Of a stretch of 64,000 nucleotides of DNA, positions 11,001 to 64,000 are shown in pieces. Position 1 is the stretch's first letter. Each line of letters starts with the position of its first letter. The position numbers and the translations under genes are program-made. This DNA is from Malacoraja senta. Taxonomy: Eukaryota. The stretch spans positions 12,092,001-12,156,000 of the forward strand of contig CM075991.1 of NCBI GenBank assembly GCA_038087875.1. Reading direction: 5' to 3'. Under the pieces are notes generated by a model. That model did no database searches and had not been told where the DNA came from. It saw only the letters and a list, made by a program, of their open reading frames with translations.

Positions 11001-14000
11001 CCTTTGTTGTGATCCGTTACCTGAAGAGAAGACTCACGGTGAGTTTGGGCCTCCAGCTGTTTGCAACTCCTCCAGCAACAAATAGAACATAGAACATGCA
11101 GCACGGTGGCGCAGCGGTAGAGTTGCTGCCTTAAAGCCCTGTCCCACGGTTGCTGCCTTAAAGCCCTGTCTCCCGCGTCTGCCCTGATTCGAACTCGGAG
11201 ATTTACGGTAATGGCCACTCGTCGGTACTCGGGGCCCTCGTGGACATTTTTCAACATGTTGAAAAATCTTCACGAGTCTTCCCGTGCTTACCTGCCGTTA
11301 GCGCGTCTTCCCGAGTACCTGCCGTTAGCGTTACGAGCCGCTAAGAGACGTCCCCGAGCTCCGACGTACCCGCTGCATTAATTCTCCGTGCTTACGAGTC
11401 TGATTTTTTAAAACTTGGGAGAGCTCTTGGAATGAACTCGTACCGTGGGACAAGGCTATAACAGCATCAGAGACTCTGGTTGGATCCTGACTATGGGTGC
11501 TATCTGTACATCTGCACAAGGGTCTTGACCCAAAACATCACCCATTCCTTCTCTCCAGAGATGCTGCCTGTCCTGCTGAGTTACTCGAGCTCTTTGTGTC
11601 TGTCTTTGGTGTAAACCAGCATCTGCAGTTCCTTCCTACACATGGATGTGATCCCGATTAGGCTTTTCTCTTTGCCATTCACCCCCGGTTTAGATGGAAG
11701 CTGTTGTGTTTAATCAAGGGGAGTTTAATCTTGACTGTGGCCAGGTTTTGCAGGAAACTTTATAGCACATTGATGGATGTTTTTCATTTGCAGGTTATGA
11801 TTGATATTGACGGCAAGAATGAGTGGAAAGACTGCATAGATATCCCTGGCATCAGACTGCCAATGGGTTATTATTTTGGTGCTTCTTCTGCCACTGGAGA
11901 CTTGACAGGTCTGTTCCTCTCCTCCTTTCCCTCATCTTCATATTATGGGAATTGCTTGAGAAAGAAAGGGTGACTGATGGTTTCTGTGGAGTCTTTGCTC
12001 TTGTGACATCTCAAAAAAAGCTTTATATTCAATGACGCACCTTTTGTAGTTTGGATGTGGGAGGAAACCGGAGAAAACCCATGCTGTCACAGGGAAAACG
12101 TACAGACTCCACACAGGCAGCACCCAAGCTCAGAATCAGGCGTGGTGGGGCAGCAGCTCTACCAGTTGCGCCACTGTGCTGCCCTGTGATGTGGGACACC
12201 TGAAACCACAATCTCCCTGAGTACTAGAGTGCTCCCCATTGACTCGTACAGTGATATGATGGGAGGGTTGTTATCTACTCGCTCCTGTGGACCTTGGATG
12301 TTGTCGCCCTTGGAAGTGATGGCCACTAACCCGTGATGTGAACTTTGCAGATAATCACGACGTTATATCAGTAAAGGTCTATCAACTAACGGTGGAAAAA
12401 TCTCCTGGCGAGGAGGAAGAGGATGAGGAGGTGTTGATCCCCAGTGTGGACAACTTCAGCTTGCTAGGAGGTAAGTCAAACGCCCCAATTTCCCACTTCA
12501 CAGTGAGTGTGTAGAAGAACTCACCAATAGAACCTAACACAGTTAGTTACAGCTTCAGTTATGATACATTAACATGTGAAATAATGCCTCTGCTTAAATA
12601 TAAGTGGCAGTCAATCTAGTGTAGTGGTGCAGCGAATTCTGACAGCATGGCAAACGCCTCCGTTGCCATGCTGTGCGAACGGAGAGGATGAGATGGAGTT
12701 TCTTCCCAGAGGCCATTAGGACTGTAAACTCCTATCTCCAGGGACTAACTTGACTGTACCATTTTACTGTTGGGTGGTCTTTTTAAAATTGCTGTTTTTT
12801 TTCCTTTTGCTTTCCTCCCTCCCACAAATATGTGAATATGTGATTCTGTTCCATTCTGTTTGTAGTTTCTTTGTTTGTTTTTTGCACAATTCGCGCGCAT
12901 TGCCACTTTTCATTTCACTGCACATCTCGTATGTGTATGTGACGAATAAACTTGACTTGACTCATTTTAAGTAAGTCCTTTAAATTGCAAAGTGACCAGT
13001 GTACTAAATGAGGGACTCTGTAATGAGAAGAATGTTCCCTCTGCCGTTGCAAAGCCCCTGCCCTAGTGACCGCACACTCACTCCCCCGCAAGTTGAAGTT
13101 GACATCTTTGGACAAATGTAAACAGTGGAGCATAAACAGATCCAGGCAGACCAAAAAGGTGCTGCCATATATTGTGATGATCACAAAAGTGAAGCGTCTG
13201 CATCCTGTTTCTTTTTCTCATGTGCAATAACTACCTTCATGTTTAGGATTGTTATAGCCGCATGTACCATGATACAGTGAAAAGCTTGGTTTTGCATGTT
13301 ATCCAGGTTAGATAGTCATGCAAGGTGGAAACAGGCCCTCAACCCAAAATGCCCACACCGACCAACATGTCCCACCTGCCTGCATTTGGCCCATATCCCT
13401 CTAAACCTGTCCTATCCATGTACCTGTCCAAATGTTTCTTAAACGTTGCGATACTACCTGCCGCAACTAACCCCTCCGGCAGCTCGTCGCATACACCCAC
13501 CACCCTCTGTGTGAAAAGGTTACCCCTCAGGTTCCTATTAACTCTTTTCCCCCCCCCTCACCTTAAACCCATGTTCACTGATTCTCTATTTCCCCTACTG
13601 TGTGCAAGAGACTCTGTTCGTCTATCCAATCTATTCCTCTTGTGATTTTGTACACCTCTATAAGATCACCCTTCATCCTCCTGTGATCCAAGGAAGAGTA
13701 ATAGCCTGCTCCAGTACTACCCATAGCGCAGGCCCTCGAGTCCTGGCAACACCCTCTTAAATGTTCTCTGTACCCTTTCCAGCTAGACAACATCTTTCCT
13801 ATAACATGGTGCCCAGAACTGAACACAATACTCTAAATGCGGCCTCACCAACGTCGTATATAACTGCAACATCCCAACTTCTGTCCTGCTCATGTTAATC
13901 TTCCCAAATTGCAACACCTCACATTTCTTTGTATTAAATTCCATCAACCATTCCTCAGCCCAACTGATTAAGATCCTGCTGCAATTTTTGACAAGCATCT

Positions 14001-15149
14001 TCAATACCACCCACATTAGTGTCTGTAGATCTGTATACAGTGTCTGTAGATCTACAGGAAACAGGAAAGCAGGCTATTATCTAAATGGTGACCGATTAGG
14101 AAAAGGGGAGATGCAGTGAGACCTGGGTGTCATGGTACACCAGTCATTGAAAGTAGGCATGCAGGTGCCGCAGGCAGTGAAGAAAGCGAATGGTATGTTA
14201 GCTTTCATAGCAAAAGGATTTGAGTATAGGAGCAGGGAGGATCTACTGCAGTTGTACAGGGTCTTGGTGAGACCACACCTGGAGTATTGCGTACAGTTTT
14301 GGTCTCCAAATCTGAGGAAGGACATTATAGCCATAGAGGGAGTGCAGAGAAGGTTCACCAGACTGATTCCTGGGATGTCAGGACTTTCATATGAAGAAAG
14401 ACTGGATAGACTCGGCTTATACTCGCTAGAATTTAGGAGATTGAGAGGGGATCTTATAGAAACGTACAAAATTCTTATGGGGTTGGACAGGCTAGATGCA
14501 GGAAGATTGTTTCCGATGTTGGGGAAGTCCAGGACAAGGGGTCACAGTTTAAGGATAAGGGGGAAATCCTTTAAGACCGAGATGAGAAAAAACGTTTTCA
14601 CACAGAGAGTGGTGAATCTCTGGAACTCTCTGCCACAGAGGGTAGTTGAGGCCAGTTCATTGGCTATATTTAAGAGGGAGTTAGATGTGGCCCTTGTGGC
14701 TAAAGGGATCAGGGGGTATGGAGAGAAGGCAGGTACAGGATACTGAGTTGGATGATCAGCCATGATCATATTGAATGGCGGTGCAGGCTCGAAGGGCCGA
14801 ATGGCCTACTTCTGCACCTATTTTCTATGTTTCTATTGAGGGAGGAGGAATACTGGGGTGGGAAAGGTCTTGCAGGAGAACTGGCAAAGAGATTGTAAAA
14901 TGGTGTTGTCTGGCAGGGATGTTAATTGCAACCAGCGTTTCTAGTGTGATGTGTCACCAATGTCTGAGGTGGAGAATGCTACTAATTTGATCATTGATTT
15001 GAGCAGATGATCTGGAATCTGAGCCGATGAGTGGCGTGACGTTGTTCTTCATCAGCTTTTTCTCACTCGTGGGTCTCATGGTGCTGGCGGTGATTGGAAT
15101 CATCGTCTTCCAGAAGTGGCAGGAGCAGAGCCGTAAACGCTTCTACTGA
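3926..15149 (+). CDS. LMAN2L: LMAN2L / VIP36-like lectin (VIPL), exons 2-8; exon 1 upstream of window
   Basis: Spliced L-type lectin domain, transmembrane helix and C-terminal QEQSRKRFY* (RKR ER-retention motif typical of VIPL); all introns GT-AG and phases consistent. Confidence 0.95.
5101..5218 (+). CDS. LMAN2L: LMAN2L exon 3
   Basis: (TC)n-gcag|..|gtacag; [39 protein letters not shown]. Confidence 0.95.
5865..6137. mobile_element. Penelope-derived non-autonomous repeat with inverted ends and hammerhead-like core (representative of more than 10 copies)
   Basis: tagacacaaaatgctggagt..actccagcattttgtgtcta inverted ends; CTGAAGA-aGGGTCtcGACCC-GAAAC-GTC at 6043-6070. Confidence 0.65.
6609..6691 (+). 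CDS. LMAN2L: LMAN2L exon 4
   Basis: ctttag|..|gtgtgt; [28 protein letters not shown]. Confidence 0.95.
7175..7447 (-). mobile_element. tRNA-derived SINE (HE1-like elasmobranch SINE)
   Basis: A/B-box head (tggcacagcgg..ggttcaatcc) and ...ctgtatctctaaactaaa-type tail; many other copies in the window. Confidence 0.75.
7925..8040. repeat. 116-bp near-perfect palindrome formed by two inverted copies of the Penelope-derived repeat
   Basis: Symmetric about GGAA|TTCC at 7982/7983. Confidence 0.9.
8662..8784. repeat. AT-rich inverted repeat, ~60-bp arms, 4-nt loop
   Basis: Arms 8662-8721 and 8726-8784 are reverse complements except one T/G pair and one 1-nt bulge; loop ATTG. Confidence 0.95.
10312..10344 (+). 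CDS. LMAN2L: LMAN2L 33-nt in-frame microexon, probably alternative
   Basis: tgcag|TCTAAGAAGAGGAGATATACACCTTCTACTCAG|gtagct = [11 protein letters not shown], phase 0-0; resembles the 11-aa insert of the longer human isoform (recalled as AQKRRYSPGVQ). Confidence 0.85.
10877..11038 (+). CDS. LMAN2L: LMAN2L exon 5
   Basis: tcatag|..|gtgagt; [54 protein letters not shown]. Confidence 0.95.
11134..11458. mobile_element. MITE (PIF/Harbinger- or Kolobok-like termini) inserted in a tRNA SINE
   Basis: TIR AGCCCTGTCCCACGGT / ACCGTGGGACAAGGCT; splits the SINE at gcctta|..|acagc; CpG-rich. Confidence 0.8.
11794..11908 (+). CDS. LMAN2L: LMAN2L exon 6
   Basis: ttgcag|..|gtctgt; [38 protein letters not shown]. 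Confidence 0.95.
12351..12470 (+). CDS. LMAN2L: LMAN2L exon 7
   Basis: ttgcag|..|gtaagt; [40 protein letters not shown]. Confidence 0.95.
13325..14015 (-). mobile_element. Old CR1 LINE 3' fragment
   Basis: Minus-strand [15 protein letters not shown] and [13 protein letters not shown] motifs, disrupted. Confidence 0.85.
14059..14836 (+). mobile_element. Young 5'-truncated CR1 LINE
   Basis: 204-aa ORF2 C-terminus and TTTCTATG tail; near identical to copies at 38328 and 60255. Confidence 0.95.
15007..15149 (+). CDS. LMAN2L: LMAN2L exon 8 (TM helix, cytosolic tail, stop)
   Basis: gagcag|; [47 protein letters not shown]. Confidence 0.95.
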
Positions 15150-15925
15150 GGCCCATGCGGAGAAGGGGCCGTGGCCACCACTGGGAACCGCAGGGCTTGG
15201 GTTGACCTTCCTTCATCGGGGATGATGATTGCACCAGCTTGGCTCTTCAATGTTACTCTGTGTACAGCTAGCTACTGGACCTTGCCTTGTACTTGGGCAG
15301 CTAAAGTCCCCAATGTCACAAAGCAATTGACTTGGGTGAATTGTACGAGAGAACGGCCACAATAGTGAAGACTTCCATCACATCTATGTGAAAGCACTGC
15401 AGAAAAATAACCCCATTGGAAGACAAAGGAAGAGTTCTTACAACATCCATCTCTCGCTGAACGAGGTGACACTGTTGTATGTTGTCTATGGAATGTTGGG
15501 ATTACTGATCTTCTCTAAATATGGTGGAGAATATTGTATTCCTCTCATCACCACTGTGGGCATTGAAGAAGCCTATTGTGTTCTGCAAGGATCCTTTGAG
15601 TTGATAAACAAACCACTGCCAGCAAAAGTTTGAACAAGGGAAAGCAAAATGAGGAAGGTCATTAAGTGACTACCTCTTTTTATTCTGATCCAATAGGACA
15701 TGGGCTCTGTGGAGTTGATACTGCTCTGCCTCACAGTGCCACTTTATTACTTTCAGCTGTGTTTATTTTTCAGGAAAGTGAGAGGAGGCACTTGAAATGT
15801 TTCATGATCTGTTAAAAATGAGTAGACATTTTTAAAAAGTGTGTGGGAACGTTGAATGTTTTGTGCTGGTGATTTAAATGTTTCCCTGTGACGGGAATGA
15901 GATTTCTGTTTTGATAATGCATCAG

Positions 15926-15931
15926 AATAAA
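15926..15931 (+). terminator. Candidate LMAN2L polyadenylation signal
   Basis: AATAAA about 780 nt after the stop; further AATAAA sites occur downstream (e.g. 16903), so usage is unknown. Confidence 0.3.
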
Positions 15932-18900
15932 AAGCATCAGCTGGAACTTGGAAGGTAGGCGGGACTACAGATCAACTGCTTTTGGTACAAGTATTTGCTT
16001 CCGGTGTGTGTGAAGGTGAGGGTACACTGCTGAGGGGATGTATTTAGGTCTTAATGTGTGCTTTCACTGTGCTTGGTACTTTGAAACCCCATCTCTACCC
16101 CAGCCTGCTGTTTGTATTGAGGGCAGTTCTATTTTAGTCCTTGCCACTACTGAGCTACAAAGAGCACTGGGTGCAGTTTGCTGGTCCCAGCTTCCCGATG
16201 TGTTAACCTTGTTTTGTATTTTAGGAATGGTAGTACAGAAAACATAACCATTTGCCTGGCGTAGTTGACATTTGAGTGGCAGCTCATCTGAACCAGTACA
16301 TCACCTGGAGAGCAAACAGACTGGTACACGGCTAGGACAGGTTTAGAAGGTTATGGGGTCAGGCGCGAGCAGGTTGGACTAGTGTAGATGGGGCATGTTG
16401 GTCAGCATGGGCAAGTTGGGCCAAAGGGCCTGTTTCCACACTGTATGACTCTATGATTCTATAACGCAGTAAGAATCCACCTGCAGGAGTAAAACAAGAC
16501 TGAGTGCACAGTATGGCAGTTGACATCAGTGCTGGAATAGGGTTAAAGACTTAATTACGAGTTAAGCACTCTGCTGCCGCATTTAACACACTGGCAATAG
16601 ACTATATGGGTGCAGGAGTAGGCTATTCGGCCCTTCGAGGCAGCACCGTCATTCACTGTGATCATGGCTGATCTTCCACAATCTACCGCGTTCCTGCTTT
16701 CTTCCCATATCCTCTGACTCTGCTATCTTTAAGAGCGGATCTTAAAGAGCAAATCTTCAGACTGATTTGGCACTGTCCTCTTATTCCAGATTATTATACT
16801 CTGCCAGCACTATTCTCCCAGTGTTTGGCTACATTACACTCCCCTCCACTCTTAACATATGGATATTTTCACACGCTATAACTGATAGTAATTTAACAAT
16901 GGAATAAAGCTTTTGACAATATTGGTCCAAAAAAATAATTTCTGTGAAATAGTCTGAGCTTGGGGCATGGAGAAATAGTGATTCTAGAGATTACAAAAGT
17001 AGTAAGACTTTTAACTGTTGGTTTAAACTATATTCCAACACTCCATTTCAAATTCAATCTTGCTGCGATTTTAAAGGGGCTTGCTGCTATAATCCACAAG
17101 GTTCCAATCTATATTCCAATTGTCTTCTCCCTCTCGACTTTGGTTGGCGTTTTACAGTTAAGACTTGCGTTTATATAGCACCTTTCACTCAGTGAAGTAC
17201 CTTGGAATGTGGTGACAGTTGCGTGAGAAAGCTCCGAGAACTAACAATGTAATCATGGCTGTAATCTAATGTGGCACTTGATGCAGGAGCCAGTTTACAC
17301 TGTGTTGTCCGAATCAGCAGGGCAGCTGGAAATGTTCCCCAATCATAGTCTGGGTCTTGGAGTTTAGATTCCGTCCCATTCCAGGAGCCCACTGTAATTT
17401 AGACTGCAATCAAAAATAAAGGGTGATATCTCCTGTCCTCGCCTGCAAAGAAAAACTCAGAACTATACAAACCTGTGAGTGAGTGGATTCCATGGAGGTG
17501 GTTGCCCTTGAAGTCAAACTGCCTTTTGTGCTCCGATCAGCTTAGGTTCTGTGACAGGCAACGACTTGGACATGGTCAACCTTGACCTGCCAATCACTGC
17601 AGAAAACCACTGCCATTATTCAGTGGTATCTGAGCAGCTTAGTTACTGAGTGCCCAATTGATGAGTGCTGATCGGAGTTGCAGATGCACTGTGGAATGTA
17701 CAAAACTGTTACTGCGTCCCTGGCTCTGCCTATAAATGTGTTTTAACAAAGCAAAGCAGAATGTAGATATGACATTTATTTATGTTCACTTTTAGTGGTA
17801 AAGTTAAAATTGTTAAAAAGTTATGCAGAAAGCACAGGGAATTAGGGAAGAATAGCTCTCCCAAAGTGTTTATACTACTGAACTTTAAGTTTCAATGGTT
17901 AATTCTGTTTGTATATCCTTTGATTGAAAAGTGTGTGGATCATATCAGGTGGGACATGGCTGTGGTGTTAGCAGTTCTTCACACAGCATGACAGAGTTAA
18001 ATGGTGCACATGAAATTGGAAAAGACTTGTAAAGCCCATCTACTGCCTTTAGGATGTAGAAACAAAGAACTGCAGATGCTGGTTAATGCACAAAAGGACA
18101 CAAAGTGCTGGAGTAAATCAGCACATTACACAGTATCCCTGGAGAACATGGATAGTTGACCTTTTGGGTCCAGACCCTTCTTCAGTCCCTACACAAAATG
18201 TCACCTATCCATGTTCTCCAGAAATGCTGCCTGACCCGCTGAGTTACTCCAGCACAAATTTGCCTTGCCTTGCCTTGTGTCCTTACTGCCTTTATATCTG
18301 GTTAGGAGCTTGTTCAGAATTAAAGGCTGCCCACAAGATAGAGGAATTAAAACAGAACATGCTGGAAACACTCAGCATTTCAGGCAACATCTGTGGAAAA
18401 AGATGTTGCCTGAAGTTAACTTTTCAGATTGAGAAACCCACAGATGGTGTGTTGAAATGCTGATTATCCTAATTAACAGCACTATTGTAAGACTACTGTT
18501 TAAATATAATTAAACAGAACATGTGGAAATTGATATGAAGCCTAAGTTTGTTTTATGTTTATGTATTAGTTGTTTAATTTTACCAAGTGACTTCACACAG
18601 ATTGGAGTTAGGGATGTTATTGAAGATGGCACATCTAAATGTAAAGGACCTGGTCCTTCACACTAGACTCACTCTGGTAGAGAAGAGGTTATGATTACTC
18701 AGACTCCCTCTGCTGTGTACAGCTGCAATCAGCTGGAGAAATTCTCTCATCAGTTTGCTCCATCAAGGTGCCCAGTCACAGGTTTGGAAGCTAAACCAAT
18801 ACCTGGCCCTGTAACAAGCTTCTGTTGCTGGCAGGGTGGTCACTGGGGGTGGCAGCACGCTGTGCCCACTGGAGCCCTTCTGGGACTGGTGTGTACCACA

Positions 18901-20889
18901 GGGACTAGATAAGAGTTTTGTGAATAAAGTTGACCACATAATACAGAAGAACAGGGCCTTTAGCCGACAATGCCAGACATGATGCCGAGCTGAACTGTTC
19001 TCATCTGCCTGCATGGCTCTGCACTTCAGTGTGCTTATCTAAAAGCCTCTTAAACAGAAAGGCAAACAATCAAAACCATTATATTTGGCATAACTTCATT
19101 ATAGACACAACTCCTGCATTGGAATCCATCGTCTGTCTCCCACCACTAGAGAACATTTTCAAAGACCAATCAGATTCTAGTCTCCCCTCTAATCTCTCCT
19201 TTAGCGTTGCAAATAAAACCAATATTAACCAGAGTACATTTGGGTTTTATTTACACTGGCTGGATATATATTTAACAATACAAAATAATTTATATGTTAA
19301 TTCATCAAAGGCATTGGGGGACAAAAGTCCCCTTTTAAAAACATTTTTTGCAAAAAAAAGTAGCAAGTAAATGGAGCATTTCTGGAAAGTGCTGGCAAGT
19401 GGGAACATTTGAAATATGAAGTGATAGAACAGATGTTAAACTTGCTGTAATCGAACTCTTCAGCAGGTACTCTGGCATCGACCTTGGAAGGAGCAATGTC
19501 CTGACCTCAGCTGGGTGATGATTCCCTTTGAAATCAGCACAAACCAGGGTTTAGACTGAACCCTCAAGTCCTGTCTCTCTCTCTCTCTCACCCAACTGTT
19601 TTTCCATCCATGGCCAACAGCAAAAGTAATGAAGGGAAGCAACACGCTGGAGGCATCCTGCTGGGTTGTTGCTCCTTCCAGGCCCAGCCGCTCACCCCGT
19701 GACTGGTCTGGCCTTCTGCCGCCTTGCGTGCCTCCTTGTCACTTTTTCTTTCCATGAAATCTAGTGGACTGCAACAAAAATTTTGCTATAGTGTTCTGTT
19801 AAAAAAACAAATTCAAGGAAAAGAGAAATAAAATAAACCCCAGTTTATTACATGGTGGTCGTGTTTGCTTCATTCACCAGTTTAAGCAATGAACTGCCTG
19901 CAGGAAGCATGAGATGAATCACAACAGACTGATCAGGTAACTCGGTCTTGGCCAGATCAGCTGTGAGTGGTTCTCCACAGTAATCAGCAGGAACACCCCT
20001 GACATGTTTCTAGTTTAGTTCCCCTTGACAAACTAAGACCATGTAATAAAGTTTAACACTAGACAGCAAGTTTTCACTTGTTAGTGTGAGAGCTCTTCTG
20101 TCAAATTACTTTCACATACCTCAGTTTGAACTCATAACAACATCGTTAGTGCAACTTTTCAGATAAAGCATCACAAAATAGAAAAGACAACATCAAATTT
20201 AACAATCAGCATTTTTTGAATTAAATCAGACTGCATGCCAAAACTAATAGAGAGAAGCCTTAAACTTTCTCAAAGAAAGATATTGTTAGGGGAAAATAAT
20301 TGTTCTATGCTTATAGAGCATGAATCATCTCCTGACCATATTCACTTATATACTTGCACAATTTATTTTTAAGGAATCAATGAACTAAAGTACCTTCCCT
20401 TTATAGCATCAAAAGTTCCCAGTGTATGGACAGCACAGGTTAGAAACAAAGTGATGTCCTTCAGCACTATCCTGTCAAACACTCAGAAGGTGCATGATGG
20501 TCCCACACTCCTGATCTTTAGGCAGCCAGTGCAGGGGGGGAGCATTCGGTCAGGAGACCTCCGGACATGGTCACAGTGGCCATTTGCAGGTCCCGGTGTC
20601 AAGCCATCAAGGGTGGGGGGAATCTATCTATGCCGACCACCTACCCCCCTACCCCCCTCCCCCCCCCACCCACCCCCTTTCCAAGGTAATGTTTGTGCCT
20701 CAGGGCCCCTCATGGGCAACTACACACTGTCCACAAGCTGACAGGTAGCTATCTGGGACCTGTGGGCATTACAGGAGTTGGAGTGCATCCTGAACAAGGA
20801 GGACAACTTTCAAAACTCATTTTGATATTTTTATGGTTGCTTTGCTTGGTAGTTCTAGAATGCCTCGGTATAGTTTAAATGCAAATTAT

Positions 20890-21186
20890 TTAGAGTTGAG
20901 AAATATAGTGTGGAAACAGGCCCTTCGGCCCACCGAGTCCATGTTGACCAGTGATTACCTGTACACTAGTTCTATCCCACACACTGGGGACAATTTACAG
21001 AGGCCAATTAAACTACAAAGCTGCAAGTCTTTGGGATTTGGGAGGAAACCGGAGCCCCCAGAGAAAACCCACGTGGCCACAGGGAGAACATACAAACTCC
21101 GTATAGACAGCACCCGAGGTCAGGATCGAACCCGGGTCTTTGGCGCTGTAAGGCATCAACTCAACCGCTGCATCCCTGTGCCACCA
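20890..21186 (-). mobile_element. tRNA-derived SINE (HE1-like)
   Basis: Same family as 7175-7447; B-box gggttcgatcc on minus strand. Confidence 0.75.
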
Positions 21187-21249
21187 TTATGTGGGTCACT
21201 GTTTGTTGGGAGCTTTCCGTTTACACTTCAGATAGCACGGTATACTTAC

Positions 21250-63865
<42,616 letters not shown>

Positions 63866-64000
63866 CTGCAGCCATACAATGGAAACATAGACATTCCTCG
63901 CAGCTCAGAATACAAAATAACATTTCAATATTGAAACATAGAAAAATAGTTGCAGGAGTCGGCCATTCAGCCTCTGGAGCCAGCACCGCCATTCAATATG

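Noticed and set aside
11097..11133. tRNA-like A-box sequence (and similar heads elsewhere)
   Set aside because: SINE heads; no complete cloverleaf

Overview
Vertebrate genomic DNA. The repeat content (HE1-type tRNA SINEs, CR1, L2, Rex1, Penelope) suggests a cartilaginous fish, probably a skate or ray; this is inference. Two intron-rich genes converge tail to tail. On +, LMAN2L/VIPL exons 2-8 plus a 33-nt microexon run from 3926 to 15149, ending ...QEQSRKRFY*. On -, a DysF-containing ferlin (myoferlin-like, FER1L5 by synteny) has 34 phase-consistent exons from 63865 to 21250 (1481 codons); its 5' end is outside the window and its last exon is ambiguous. The main finding is a ~140-nt non-coding retroposon present twice (31908-32045 on -, 61797-61940 on +). 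Its first 54 nt fold as a minimal HDV/CPEB3-like self-cleaving ribozyme, and its 5' boundary falls on the predicted cleavage site. It ends in a stem-loop plus (GAA)n tail and is flanked by target-site duplications. Also seen: many Penelope-type hammerhead-like cores, two related CpG-rich MITEs sharing a palindromic core, and an unexplained 123-bp AT-rich hairpin. All calls were made by eye; no searches or folding programs were run.
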